This document shows positions 13,462 to 24,950 of a stretch of 38,954 nucleotides of DNA, in pieces; the stretch's first letter is position 1, and each line of letters opens with the position of its first letter. The stretch is from positions 1-38,954 of the forward strand of contig NW_021835227.1 of the NCBI RefSeq assembly GCF_006345805.1, read 5' to 3'. The notes beneath the pieces were generated by a model. That model searched no databases. It was not told the origin of the DNA and worked only from the letters and a program-made list of their open reading frames with translations. The DNA comes from Octopus sinensis. Lineage: Eukaryota. The translations under genes were made by a program, and so were the position numbers.

Positions 13462-13710
13462 CATACATACGTACATATATACCATATATATGCATACATA
13501 CGTACATATATATGTATATGTATATATATATATCTAATTATGCATATATATACACACACACATATATATATATATATATATCTATATTGTATAGAGGGCA
13601 TTAATACACTTAATGCCTCACACTAAGAGGGACAAAGTAATTACTACCGAAATTACACTAATCATACCTAAATGGAGTTCTTCAAAGCAAGACATTTAAA
13701 AAATTAATTT

Positions 13711-13768
13711 AGTTCTGTATCACCGTGATTTCACATTTAACTTACGTCTTATGATCCTCAGCAAAACT
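13711..13768 (-). ncRNA. Hammerhead ribozyme-like motif (left arm)
   Basis: Exact reverse complement of 13959-14016. Confidence 0.55.
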
Positions 13769-13958
13769 GATAAGAAGTTATCCTTAATTGTTAATTTTAT
13801 TCCGAAATACTTTTCCCATCCGACATGCAGTTCGAAAAAGCCCGCCATTTACCGAATATATGATTTATAAACATCCCATGTGCTTGGCCGGAGTGAATAG
13901 ATGTCTGTTCGTCTTCGCTAGGTAAGGTTGGTGGTTTATTTATGATGTGTTCAGAATC

Positions 13959-14016
13959 AGTTTTGCTGAGGATCATAAGACGTAAGTTAAATGTGAAATC
14001 ACGGTGATACAGAACT
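13959..14016 (+). ncRNA. Hammerhead ribozyme-like motif (right arm)
   Basis: AGTTTTG-CTGAGGA-TCATAAGAC(GTAA)GTTAAATGT-GAAA-TCACGGTGA-TA-CAGAACT. Intact core, 7-bp stem I, palindromic stem III, eroded stem II. Confidence 0.55.
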
Positions 14017-14391
14017 AAATTCATTTTTTAAATGTCTTGCTTTGAAGAACTGCATTTAGGTATTATTAGTGTAATTTTGGTAGTAATGACTTTGTCCCTC
14101 TTAGTGTGAGACATTTATGTGTATTAATGCCCTCTATACAATATAGATATAATTAATTTGTTCAACATAAAAAAATTATTTTCGAATTCTTTTCTTTTAT
14201 GAGGTTTTCACGCTAACTACCTGATAATTTCTTGTTATGATTCCTTATTAAGAAGTTATCCTTAATTGTTAATTTTAATTATATATATATATATATATAT
14301 ACATACATACGTAAGTATATACCATATATATGCATACATACGTACATATATATGTATATGAATATATATATATATCTAATTATGCATATAT

Positions 14392-14463
<72 letters not shown>

Positions 14464-14480
14464 GCGTGTGGGTGTGTGTG

Positions 14481-14940
14481 TACGAGGGCTAATTATTGAG
14501 TATCTGGAATGTTGCCATGGTAACAAACTGAAACGCGAAAAGTGAAGTCACTTGGCCAAACTCTGCCTGCGAATAAATTTCTTATATTCTTACCATTTTC
14601 CGCGTTGTGCAGCAGTGCTTCCATGGCAGGTGTGTAACATGCGATCGTCGCCTTGCTAATGACAGAGTATCTGCATCATATTTAGGCAAAAGCTTGGCGA
14701 TATGTTCAAAAAAGTTTCATAGTTATCGATAGATTAAAGCAGATAATGTGATGATAATGATCTGAACTCAACCGTATATAATCTGGATAACTCGCGTATT
14801 GTAATTTTGTGATTTCTCCTCAAAGCTGTACGAATGGCTGCGATGTTTTTATCAGTACGGTTGGTTGCGGTTCTTCGAAAACGTTCCACATCATCGACAT
14901 TTTACGGCCATCTTGGAAACAATCCCACATTATATCAATT
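14481..14940 (+). mobile_element. Mariner remnant A, copy 1 (5' TIR, transposase start, inverted internal block)
   Basis: TA|CGAGGG terminus and ATGACAGAG start. The minus strand reads STDKNIAAIRTALRRNHKITIRELS. Confidence 0.75.
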
Positions 14941-15136
14941 CGACTATCAAACCCCACACAACATACATCCAAGTAGTGCAGTAAACAGCGGAGGTAAGCT
15001 AGAATGTAAACCTTAGTGCGGATGCACAGCAGTATTCAGGGACAATATGTACCTATCGGCTTTATTCTACGTTCTTTTGCTTCATTACTTTTGCATCATT
15101 CCGGATACAAATTCATCAGCCATTATATATATGCCG

Positions 15137-16615
15137 CAAATATCCATCAGGTAAAGAAAATGATCGCACATGCACTAGGAGCTAGTATAAGAGTTACTGT
15201 AAAAGGCCACACATTTAAATTTAATAATAAATATATGCACAGGACGAGGGGGGGGGCAGCCATCGGTGTTAGTATCGCTGGTGATGTGGCCAACTTTTTC
15301 ATGGTATAGTGGAACAGAAGCTTAAAGAACGCCTACTGCAGAAATCCATACTCGTAAACATGTGCGCTCGCTATGTTGATGATATCAACATAGTAGTAAA
15401 AGCATCCCACAAGAGTAAGTTGATGATTGTTAATTAATAATAGAAACTATATATGGAGAGCATCCAGCAAATAGCTAACTCCATCCACAAGAGTATTAAA
15501 GTCACAATAGACTACCCAACTAAACACCCCAACCATAGACTACCAGTACTAGACACTGAACTCTGGCTAGAAATTGTGAAAAATAAAACCCAAATCCTTC
15601 ATTCATACTATGCAAAACCTATGCCTCAAAATACCTGATCCACGGAACTCAGCCATTGCGGCAATGCCAAATTCAATATTTTGATGGCAGACCTTGTCAG
15701 AATAATGAGAAATGTGCACGATGTGCGAGCCTACAGAATTAAAGAGACACATACAGTATTTCATTCACCACATGCAGTTCTCAGGTTACAGCCATAAAGA
15801 AAGGATCAGAGTATACAAAGGAGCCATGAAGAAATTTGATAATATATTATGTAATGATAGGAATGGGATTTGCCCAGTCTATAGGAACAAGTCATGGAAC
15901 ACTATAGAAAGGACAAAAAAGAAAATAGGGAAGGCCAACTCTTGGTATGATAGCCATAAATACCTGAGTGTCATGTTCGTTGACACCACCCCGGAGGTGA
16001 ACTGGCGTACCGCTTAGAAGGACCCTAGATAAACTTAAACTAAGAATTAGGTTGTTGAAAAGCCAGGCAACCCTCCTATCAAATCTATAATCGGTAGAAC
16101 CTATCCTTTTAGTAGAACCCTCTGTACAGGTAATTATTGCACTGTATGTAGATTTAGCCCACAAACAAAATGTAAAGCCAGAAATGTAGTCTATAGTATA
16201 AGATGTATAGAGGGACGATGCAGTAACAAGACAGTAACATACGTAGGGGAAACAGCAGAAGATAGAGAGCGAGAAGGGGAGAATGAACATTGGAGACAAC
16301 TCAAGGAGGTAAAAGCTCATCGATTCTGTACCAACACGCCGAACAGGAACATGGGGATCAATCAATAACATAGATTAAGATATTGTCCACACATAGAACA
16401 GATGCAACATTTAGACAAATTACAGAAGCTACACATATAATAGAAAATAAACCTAGCCTGAATAGAAAACGAGAATGGAGCAATAGCACACACCACAACA
16501 TATGACGATAGAGGATTCCAAAACATAATAAATACACAGATAAATAAACAAATATAAATTAATAACTATATATATGTATATATATATTTGTATGTATATG
16601 TATGTATATATATAT

Positions 16616-16648
<33 letters not shown>

Positions 16649-16650
16649 CG

Positions 16651-16689
<39 letters not shown>

Positions 16690-17270
16690 ATGTGTATGTA
16701 TGTGTGTATATTGTCTATATATATTTTTTTTTTCGGTTAGATTTATTATTATTATTACTAATATTGTTGTTATACATACATACAAGCATATGTAATGATA
16801 ATAATGGGTGGATGTAAACACGGGAACAAAATTAGAACAAAAGCAACAACAACAAAATCAAAATACAAATTACATGAATGTATATAAACAGAAGATACAA
16901 ATATTACAGGCATCCCCCACACACACACACTAAATTAGCATAGACGCACATAGAGATATGAGCATGCGCAAATGAAGACACACAATATATATATGAAGAC
17001 ACACAAAATGGCCGACGGTTAGTAAGGAGAGACACAAATAAGTGAGAAGAAACAAAGGACCACTGATGCGGTCACAGGAGTGTAACGAAAGAAATCTGGC
17101 CGAAATAAGATTATGATTAATGTAAAAAATAAATATCAAATAACACCAAAAATAACACCAAATATATAGTACGTGTGTTTTTATTGGCTAAACTGGCAAT
17201 ATGATCATTCCGAAATATAACAATATCTGTTTCAACAAACGACTTCACATAAAAAATATGGGAACAACAA
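15137..17270 (+). mobile_element. Decayed, 5'-truncated Penelope-like element (RT plus C-terminal GIY-YIG), Neptune-like
   Basis: GGAAIGVSIAGDVANFFM (~15247), RYVDDI (15369-15386), DYP...RLPVLD (~15510-15555), C-X4-C-X2-C linker CTGNYCTVC (16123-16149), NVVYSIRC...YVGET (16186-16254) and [19 protein letters not shown] (~16413-16469). The 3' boundary is approximate. Confidence 0.9.
17057..17101 (+). ncRNA. Degenerate hammerhead-like motif in the 3' region of the PLE
   Basis: GGACCA-CTGATGCG-GTCAC(AGGA)GTGTAAC-GAAA-GAAATC-TGGCC. The core A9 is changed and the stems are eroded. Confidence 0.4.
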
Positions 17271-17278
17271 TATATAAC

Positions 17279-17320
<42 letters not shown>

Positions 17321-17383
17321 ATATTATATAATATATATATATATATATATGTCTATATATACATGTATGTGTTTGTGTGTGTT

Positions 17384-17830
17384 TACGAGGGCTGATTATT
17401 GAGTATCTGGGCTGTTGCCATGATAACAAACTGTAACGCGAAAAGTAAGTCACTTGGCCAAACTCCAGCACTTGCGCATAAAACTTTAGTATTCTAGCCA
17501 ATTTCCGCGTTGTGCAGCAGTGCTTCCATGGCATGTGTGTAACTTGCGATCATCGACTTGTAAATGACAGAGTATGTGAGCAAACAATCTGCATCAAAGC
17601 TTGGCGATTTGTGCAAAAAATATTCATAGTCATCGATAGATTAAAGCAGATAACGTGATGATAATGATCTGACTCAACCGATATAACCTGCATAACTCGG
17701 CGTATTGTGATTTTGTGATTTCCTCAAAGCTGTACGCATGGCGCGATATTTTTGTCAGTACTGTTGGTTGCGGTTCCCGCATATCGACATTTTTCGGCCA
17801 TCTTTGAAACAATCACACATTATATCAATT
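17384..17830 (+). mobile_element. Mariner remnant A, copy 2
   Basis: Paralogous to 19886-20349. Confidence 0.75.
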
Positions 17831-18113
17831 CGACTATCAAACGCCACCACACCTTAATCAAGTAGTGCTTAAACAGCGAGAGTAAGCTATAGTTTAACCT
17901 TAGTGCGCATACACAGCAGTATTCGGGTTCAATATGTTCCTATGGGCTTTATTCTAACTCTTTTGCTTCATACTTTTGCAACATTCCGGATACAAATTCA
18001 TCAGCCATCATATATATGCCGCCGAATAGAGAGAACTTGAAATACTCAGAATAGAAAACATGAATGAGTGGTGCAATCATTTCGAATTTAGTTTCATTGA
18101 GGTCTAGACTTAC

Positions 18114-18197
18114 AGGATCGAGAGCAGCGATAAGAGATAATCCAGATGAGCTGATATGGAGATAGTGACGCAGATAAGCATGCTTAGTCTTTATATA
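18114..18197 (-). promoter_or_regulatory. Candidate TATA box, initiator and 53-nt non-coding exon, copy 1
   Basis: TATATAAAG starts at 18197, GTCACT has its A at 18166 (31 nt downstream), and a GTAAGT donor lies at 18113-18108. Confidence 0.4.
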
Positions 18198-18255
18198 AAT
18201 ACATACAATAACACACATACACAATGACGCACTCGCACGCATGTATATATATATA

Positions 18256-18287
<32 letters not shown>

Positions 18288-18622
18288 TTGTGAGTGTGTG
18301 TATGTGTGCGTGCGTGTGTCTCCGTATGAGTCTGTGTCCATGCTTGTGTATATATATATCGAGAGGATCTCTTAATTTTTTAGAAGGATCGAGACCTGAA
18401 TATATGTCGTATATCACTGCGGATATTCATTTTCTTTTACTTAGAAACAAATGGGTAATGTGTTGCATCCTTCATATTTGGAACTGCAAATCTGTATATG
18501 TTAAAAACAAAATAATGTCCAACGTTTTGCTAAACAAATTTCAAACGTGGAACCAACGATTCACGGGTACATAGATGTTGCAAAGGAATATGACAATATC
18601 CATTGTAATGAGGTGTACATAC

Positions 18623-18766
18623 CGAAGATTTGGCGTAGTCCTATGGTACTTGTTACCTCGTCTTGCAGAATTGTTTTGGTGTCATTTTGAATCTCCTCCG
18701 CTGTAGTGGAATTCAGTGCATTACTGGCATTAAAGAAAAAAAGGTCGTACATTTTATCCATCATTG
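18623..18766 (-). CDS. Candidate coding exon MMDKMYDLFFFNASNALNSTTAEEIQNDTKTILQDEVTST..., copy 1 (144 nt)
   Basis: TGTAG|CA ATG ATG G...CG|GTATGT. Stop-free. It has a 1-nt deletion near the 3' end relative to copies 3-5. Confidence 0.35.
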
Positions 18767-18974
18767 CTACAGACACCAGCAGCATAATTAAACAATAATT
18801 GCTTTAAACAAAGTATAGATGGTAGATTGTAATTAGCATTGGCAATGATTAGTCACGTACAAAATATAAAACTTAAGTATTTAGAGCAGCAAATATCAAA
18901 ACCCCACTTTAAAAATTCGTTCAATTTCTATGGATATCGGAAAATTCCATTCATAATCTTCCTTACAAGTGGTG

Positions 18975-19381
18975 CTATCAACGCGTTATGTACCTAGGTT
19001 TTAACATCATATACTTCGAGTCACCTTGCTCAGACACACACTGATCCCAGGGTCTCTGCCACTTTTGGAATTCGACCTGGAATACGTCGTCCGTACGTGT
19101 CGAGGACCTTCTGCTATTAACTGTGAATCTCGACAACGGTTTTGAAACGGTGATCTTTGTTCTACTTTTCATTGATGTGAATTGATGGAAGCTCGAAGGA
19201 GATAAATCTTACAAATGGCATTGTTGAAACAGCGATAACATTTTAGTTTTGACCAGAAACTCACGAGACAGATGTGGTGAAAAATACAATTCTTTGCACT
19301 GCAAAACACGGTCGATTTCGCCGAATGTCCTATTTCAAAACATCGCAATCGCACCCTCTATTAACAGTTTGGATCAAGGTA
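18975..19381 (-). mobile_element. Mariner remnant B, transposase C-terminus, copy 1
   Basis: DDVFQVEFQKWQRPWDQCVSEQGD and HSAKS motifs across broken frames. Confidence 0.8.
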
Positions 19382-19646
19382 TCCGTTATCACCTTTACCA
19401 ACAAAAATAACAATAATAGCGATAACCAATTACATCACTGTACTCTCTACTTGTGAAGACATTCACTCGTGAATTTCACCAAACACAACATGGACAAAAT
19501 TTCTTCTGAAGAAAATACATATTCAAATAAGTAAAACATAATATCTTGAATAGCGATAGCGAAACTTGTCGATATATAAAAATTATAATAAAACTATGTA
19601 ATGTGCGTATTTTCCTTTTTTATTTCTCATACATATATATCTATAT

Positions 19647-19703
<57 letters not shown>

Positions 19704-19749
19704 TAGTATATATATTTATATATATATATGTATCTATATACATATATCG

Positions 19750-19794
<45 letters not shown>

Positions 19795-19830
19795 ATATAT
19801 ATATATTTATGCATATGCATATATACACAA

Positions 19831-19863
<33 letters not shown>

Positions 19864-19885
19864 AATGTACATGTGTATGTGTATT

Positions 19886-20349
19886 TACGAGGGCTGATTA
19901 TTGAGTATCTGGGCTGTTGCCATGGTAAGAAACTGTAACGCGAAAGTGAAGCCATTTGGGAAAACTCTACTGCGCGCGCATACATTTTAGTATTCTAGCA
20001 CAATTTCCGCGTTGTGCAGCAGTTCTTCCATGGCATGTGTGTAACTTGCGATCGCCGTCTTGTAAATGACAGAGTATGTTGAGCAAACAATCTGCATCAA
20101 AGCTTGGCGATTTGTGCAAAAAATGTTCATAGTCATCGATAGATTAAAGCAGATAACGTGATGATAATGAACTGAACTCACCGTATATAATCTGGATAAC
20201 TCACGTATTGTAATTTTGTGATTTCTCCTCAAAGCTGTACGAATGTCTGCGATATTTTTATCAGTACTGTTGGTTGCGGTTCTTCGATAACGTTCCACAA
20301 TATCGACATTTTACGGCCATTTTGGAAACAATCACACATTATATCAATT
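19886..20349 (+). mobile_element. Mariner remnant A, copy 3
   Basis: TA|CGAGGG. The plus strand from ATG 20066 reads MTEYVEQTICIK (mariner M..EQR.CIK). The minus strand reads FQNGR..NVDIVER..TATNSTDKNIADIRTALRRNHKITIRELS. Confidence 0.8.
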
Positions 20350-20637
20350 GGACTATCAAACACCACACAACATACATCCAAGTAGTGCAGGAAACAGCGG
20401 AAGTAAGCCAGAACGAAAACCTTAGTGCGGATGCACAGCATAATTCAGGGACAATATGTTCCTATCGGCTTTATTCTAAGTTCTTTTGCTTCATTACTTT
20501 TGCAACATTCCGGATACAAATTCATCAGCCATCATATATATGCCGTCGAATGGAGAGAACTTGAAATACTCACAATAGAAAACATGAATGAGTGGTGCAA
20601 TCATTTCGAATTTAACTTAATGGAGGTCTAGACTTAC

Positions 20638-20720
20638 AGGATCGAGGGCAGCTATAAGAGAAATCCAGATGAGCTGATATGGAGATAGTGACGCAGACGA
20701 GCATGCTTAGTCTTTATATA
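20638..20720 (-). promoter_or_regulatory. Candidate TATA-Inr-52-nt mini-exon, copy 2
   Basis: TATA at 20720, Inr A at 20689, GTAAGT at 20637-20632. Confidence 0.4.
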
Positions 20721-21121
20721 AGTATATACAGCAACACACATACACAAATACGCACTCACACGCATATATATATATATATATATTTGTGAGTGTGTGTATG
20801 TGTGCGTGCATGTGTCTCCGTATGAGTGTGTGTACATGCTTGTGTATATATATCGAGAGGATCTCTTAATTTTTAGAAGGGATCGAGATCTGAAGATATG
20901 TCGTATATCACTGCGGATATTCATTTTCTTTTACATTAGAAACAAATGGGTGATGTGTTGCACCCTTCATAATTTGGAATTGCAAATACTGTATATATTA
21001 AAAACAAAATAATGCCTAACGTTTTGCTAAGCAAATTTGAAACGTGGAAACAACGTTTCACGGGTACATAGATGTTGCAAAGGGAATATGACAATATCCA
21101 TTGTAAATGAGGCGTACATAC

Positions 21122-21265
21122 CGAAGCTTGGAGTTGTCCTTATGGTATTTGTTACCTCATTTTGCAGAATTGATTTGGTGTCATTTTGAAGCTCCTCCGC
21201 TGTAGTTGAATTCAGTGCATTACTGGCATTAAGGAAAAAAAGGTCATACATTTTATCCATCATTA
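21122..21265 (-). CDS. Candidate MMDK exon, copy 2 (144 nt)
   Basis: TTCTGTAG|TA ATG ATG...CG|GTATGT. It has a different 1-nt deletion (CCAAG versus CCAAAG). Confidence 0.35.
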
Positions 21266-21477
21266 CTACAGAACACACCAGCATCATATTAACAATAATT
21301 GCTTTAAACACAGTATAGATGGTAGATTGTATTTAGCATTGACAATGATTAGTCACGTACAAAATAAAAAACTTAAGTATTTAGAGCAGCAAATATCAAA
21401 ACCCCATCTTAAAAATTCGTTCAATTCCTATGGATATCGGAAAAATTCATATATAATTTTCCTTACAAGTGGTGCTA

Positions 21478-21878
21478 TCAATGCGTTATGTACCTAGGTT
21501 TTAACATCATATACTTTGAGTCACCTTGCGCAGAAATACACTGATCCCAGCGTTCCTGCCACATTTGGAATTCGACCTGGAATACGTCGTCCGTACGTGT
21601 CGAGGACCTTCTGCTATTAATTGTGAATCTCGACAACGGTTTTGAAACGATGATCTTTGTTCTACTTTTCCGAAGTTATTGGATGGAAGATCGAAGGAGA
21701 TAAATCTTCCAAATGGCATTGGTGCAGCAGCGATAACATTTTGGTTTTGGCGAGAACAACAGGTCAGATGTGGTGAAAAATCCATTTCTTTGCACTCCAA
21801 AAACACGGTCGATTTTGCCGAATGTTCTATTTCAAAACATCGCAATCGAACCCTCGATCAACAGTTTGGATCAAGGTA
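21478..21878 (-). mobile_element. Mariner remnant B C-terminus, copy 2
   Basis: Paralogue of 28975-29383. Confidence 0.8.
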
Positions 21879-22172
21879 TCCGTTATCACCCTTACCAACA
21901 AAAATAACAATAATAGCGATAACCAATTACATCCACGCATTATCTACGTGATAAGACATTCACTCGTGAATTTCACCACAGACAACATGGACAAAATTTC
22001 TTCTGAAGAAAATATACATATTCAAATAAGTAAAACATAATATCATGAATAGCGATAGCGAAACTTGTCGATATATGAAAAATTATAATAAATCTATGTA
22101 ATTATGCGTGTTTTCATTTTTTTAATTTCTGATATATATATATATATATATATTTGTATCTCTCTCTCTTAT

Positions 22173-22220
<48 letters not shown>

Positions 22221-22247
22221 GCATATGTATATAGGCAAACATACTAT

Positions 22248-22285
<38 letters not shown>

Positions 22286-22317
22286 ATATATATATAATGT
22301 ATGTGTTTGTGTGTGTT

Positions 22318-22771
22318 TACGAGGGCTGATTATTGAGTATCTGGCTGTTGCCATGGTAACCAACTGTAACGCGTAAAGTGAAGTCATTAGGCCAAACTCT
22401 ACTGTGCCTGCGCATAGAACTTTAGTTTTCTAGCCAATTTCCGCGTTGTGCAGCAGTTCTTCCATGGCATGTGTGTAACTTGCGATCGCCGCCTTGTAAA
22501 TGACAGAGTATGTTGAGCAAACAATCTGCATCAAAGCTTGGCGATATTTGCAAAAAATATTCATAGTTATCGATAGATTAAAGCAGATAATGTGATGATA
22601 ATAATCTGAACTCAACCGTATATAACCTGCATAACTCGCGTATTGTGATTTTGTGATTTCCCCTCAAAACTGTACGCATGGCTGCGATATTTTTGTCAGT
22701 ACTGTTGGTTGCGGTTCCCAGCATATCGACATTTTTCGGCCATCTTTGAAACAATCACACATTATATCAAT
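22318..22771 (+). mobile_element. Mariner remnant A, copy 4
   Basis: Paralogue, closest to copy 2. Confidence 0.75.
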
Positions 22772-23060
22772 TCGACTATCAAACCCCACACACCTTACAT
22801 CCAAGTAGTGCTGTAAACAGCGAGAGTAAGCTACAGTTTAAACCTTAGTGCGCATACACAGCAGTATTCGGGTTCAATATGTTCCTATGGGCTTTATTCT
22901 AACTTCTTTTGCTTCATTACTTTTGCAACATTCCGGATACAAATTCATCAGCCATCATATATATGCCGTCGAATGGAGAGAACTTGAAATACTCAGAATA
23001 GAAAACATGAATGAGTGGTGCAATCATTTCGAATTTAGTTTTATTGAGGTCTAGACTTAC

Positions 23061-23144
23061 AGGATCGAGAGCAGCGATAAGAGATAATCCAGATGAGCTG
23101 ATATGGAGATAGTGACACAGATAAGCATGCTTAGTCTTTATATA
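23061..23144 (-). promoter_or_regulatory. Candidate TATA-Inr-mini-exon, copy 3
   Basis: TATA at 23144, Inr A at 23113, GTAAGT at 23060-23055. Confidence 0.4.
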
Positions 23145-23187
23145 AATACATACAATAACACATATACACAATGACGCACTCGCACGC

Positions 23188-23234
<47 letters not shown>

Positions 23235-23550
23235 ATATTGTGAGTGTGTGTATGTGTGCGTGCGTGTGTCTCCGTATGAGTGTGTGTCCATGCTTGTGTA
23301 TATATATATCGAGAGGATCTCTTAATTTTTAGATGGGATCGAGACATGAATATATGTCGTACATCACTGCGGATATTCATTTTCTTTTGCATCCTTCAGT
23401 ATTTGGAACTGCAAATACTGTATATGTTAAAAACAAAATAATGTCCAACGTTTTGCTAACCAAATTTCAAACGTGGAAACAACGATTCACGGGTACATAG
23501 ATGCTGCAAAGGGAATATGACAATATCCATTGTAAATGAGGTGTACATAC

Positions 23551-23695
23551 CGAAGATTTGGCGTAGTCCTTATGGTACTTGTTACCTCATCTTGGAGAAT
23601 TGTTTTGGTGTCATTTTGAATCTCCTCCGCTGTAGTGGAATTCAGTGCATTACTGGCATTAAGGGAAAAAAGGTCGTACATTGTATCCATCATTG
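23551..23695 (-). CDS. Candidate MMDK exon, copy 3 (145 nt; MMDTMYDLFSLNASNALNSTTAEEIQNDTKTILQDEVTSTIRTTPNL)
   Basis: AG acceptor, ATGATGG, 47 open codons, CG|GTATGT donor. Confidence 0.4.
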
Positions 23696-23904
23696 CTACA
23701 GACACCAGCAGCATAATTAAACAATAATTGCTTTAAACAAAGTATAGGTGGTAGATTGTAATTAGCATTGACAATGATTAGTCACGTACAAAATATAAAA
23801 CTTAAGTATTTAGAGAAGCAAATATCAAAACCCCACTTTAAAAATTCGTTCAATTTCTATGGATATCGGAAAAATCCATTCATAATTTTCCTTACAAGTG
23901 GTGC

Positions 23905-24310
23905 TATCAACGCGTTATGTACCTAGGTTTTAACATCATATACTTCGAGTCACCTTGCGCAGACACACACTGATCCCAGCGTCTCTGCCACTTTTGGAAT
24001 TCGACATGGAATACGTCGTCCGTACGTATCGAGGACCTTCTGCTATTAATTGTGAATCTCGACAACGGTTTTGAAACGGTGATCTTTGTTCTACTTTTCA
24101 TCGATGTGAATTGATGGAAGCTCGAAGGAGATAAATCTTACAAATGGCATTGTTGAAACAGCGATAACATTTTAGTTTTGACCAGAAACTAACGAGACAG
24201 ATGTGGTGAAAAATACAATTCTTTGCACTCCAAAACACGGTCAATTTCGCCGAATGTCCTATTTCAAAACATTGCAATCGAACCCTCTATTAACAGTTTG
24301 GTTCAAAGTA
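23905..24310 (-). mobile_element. Mariner remnant B C-terminus, copy 3
   Basis: DDVFHVEFQKWQRRWDQCVSAQGD. Confidence 0.8.
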
Positions 24311-24654
24311 TCCGTTATCACCCTTACCAACAAAAATTAAAATAATAGCGATAACCAATTACATCACTGTACTTCTCTACTTGTGAAGACATTCACTCGT
24401 GAATTTCACCAAACACAACATGGACAAAATTTCTTCTGAAGAAAAAATACATATTCAAATAAGTAAAACATAATATCTTGAATAGCGATAGCGAAACTTG
24501 TCGATATAATAAAAATTATAATAAAACTATGTAATTGTGCGTATTTTCCTTTTTAATTTCTCATACATATATTATATATATATATATATATATAAATATA
24601 TATGTATGTATTAGTATATATATTTATATATATATGTATCTATATACTATATCG

Positions 24655-24686
<32 letters not shown>

Positions 24687-24721
24687 AATATATATATTTA
24701 TGCATATGCATATATACACAA

Positions 24722-24758
<37 letters not shown>

Positions 24759-24763
<5 letters not shown>

Positions 24764-24913
24764 TATTCGAGACAAAACCACTATTTTGCAAAACAAACAA
24801 GGAAAGACTTAATTAATACATAAATTTTAATAAATAGTAAAAAAACCGCCACTACAATCGTTTCTTGTCTTGATCGACAATCTTCAGGTGGACTTCCAAT
24901 AATTCAGTGTCAA
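24759..24913 (-). mobile_element. ~155-bp insertion in a (TA)n tract, probable PLE terminal fragment
   Basis: Absent from the paralogous site at ~19835-19865. Flanked by TA runs and carries a hammerhead. Confidence 0.75.
24849..24891 (-). ncRNA. Minimal type I hammerhead ribozyme motif
   Basis: CCAC-CTGAAGA-TTGTC(GATCAA)GACAA-GAAA-C(GATT)G-TA-GTGG. Intact core, 4-bp stem I, 5-bp stem II, GUA triplet. Confidence 0.75.
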
Positions 24914-24950
24914 ATATATATATATATAAATGTACATGTGTATGTGTATT

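Larger units (their letters stand above)
13581..14147. repeat. Fold-back insertion with ~190-bp inverted arms, probably PLE terminal-repeat derived
   Basis: 13581-13771 is the reverse complement of 13956-14147 with only a few mismatches. The spacer is ~185 bp and each arm holds a hammerhead motif. Confidence 0.9.

Noticed and set aside
13800-13955. GIY-YIG remnant in the fold-back spacer
   Set aside because: YIG-like and KP.L-like fragments need several frameshifts and appear in the wrong order.
20540-20590. 3' TIR of mariner A (ATACTCACAATAG)
   Set aside because: Only a short partial match to the expected CCAGATACTCAATAATCAGCCCTCGTA, which is not enough to call.
20425-20631. Plus-strand ORF MRMHSIIQG... 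recurring in several array units
   Set aside because: It starts at GTG, shows no recognisable motif, and is frameshifted in the 17.9k unit. Recurrence is explained by recent duplication.
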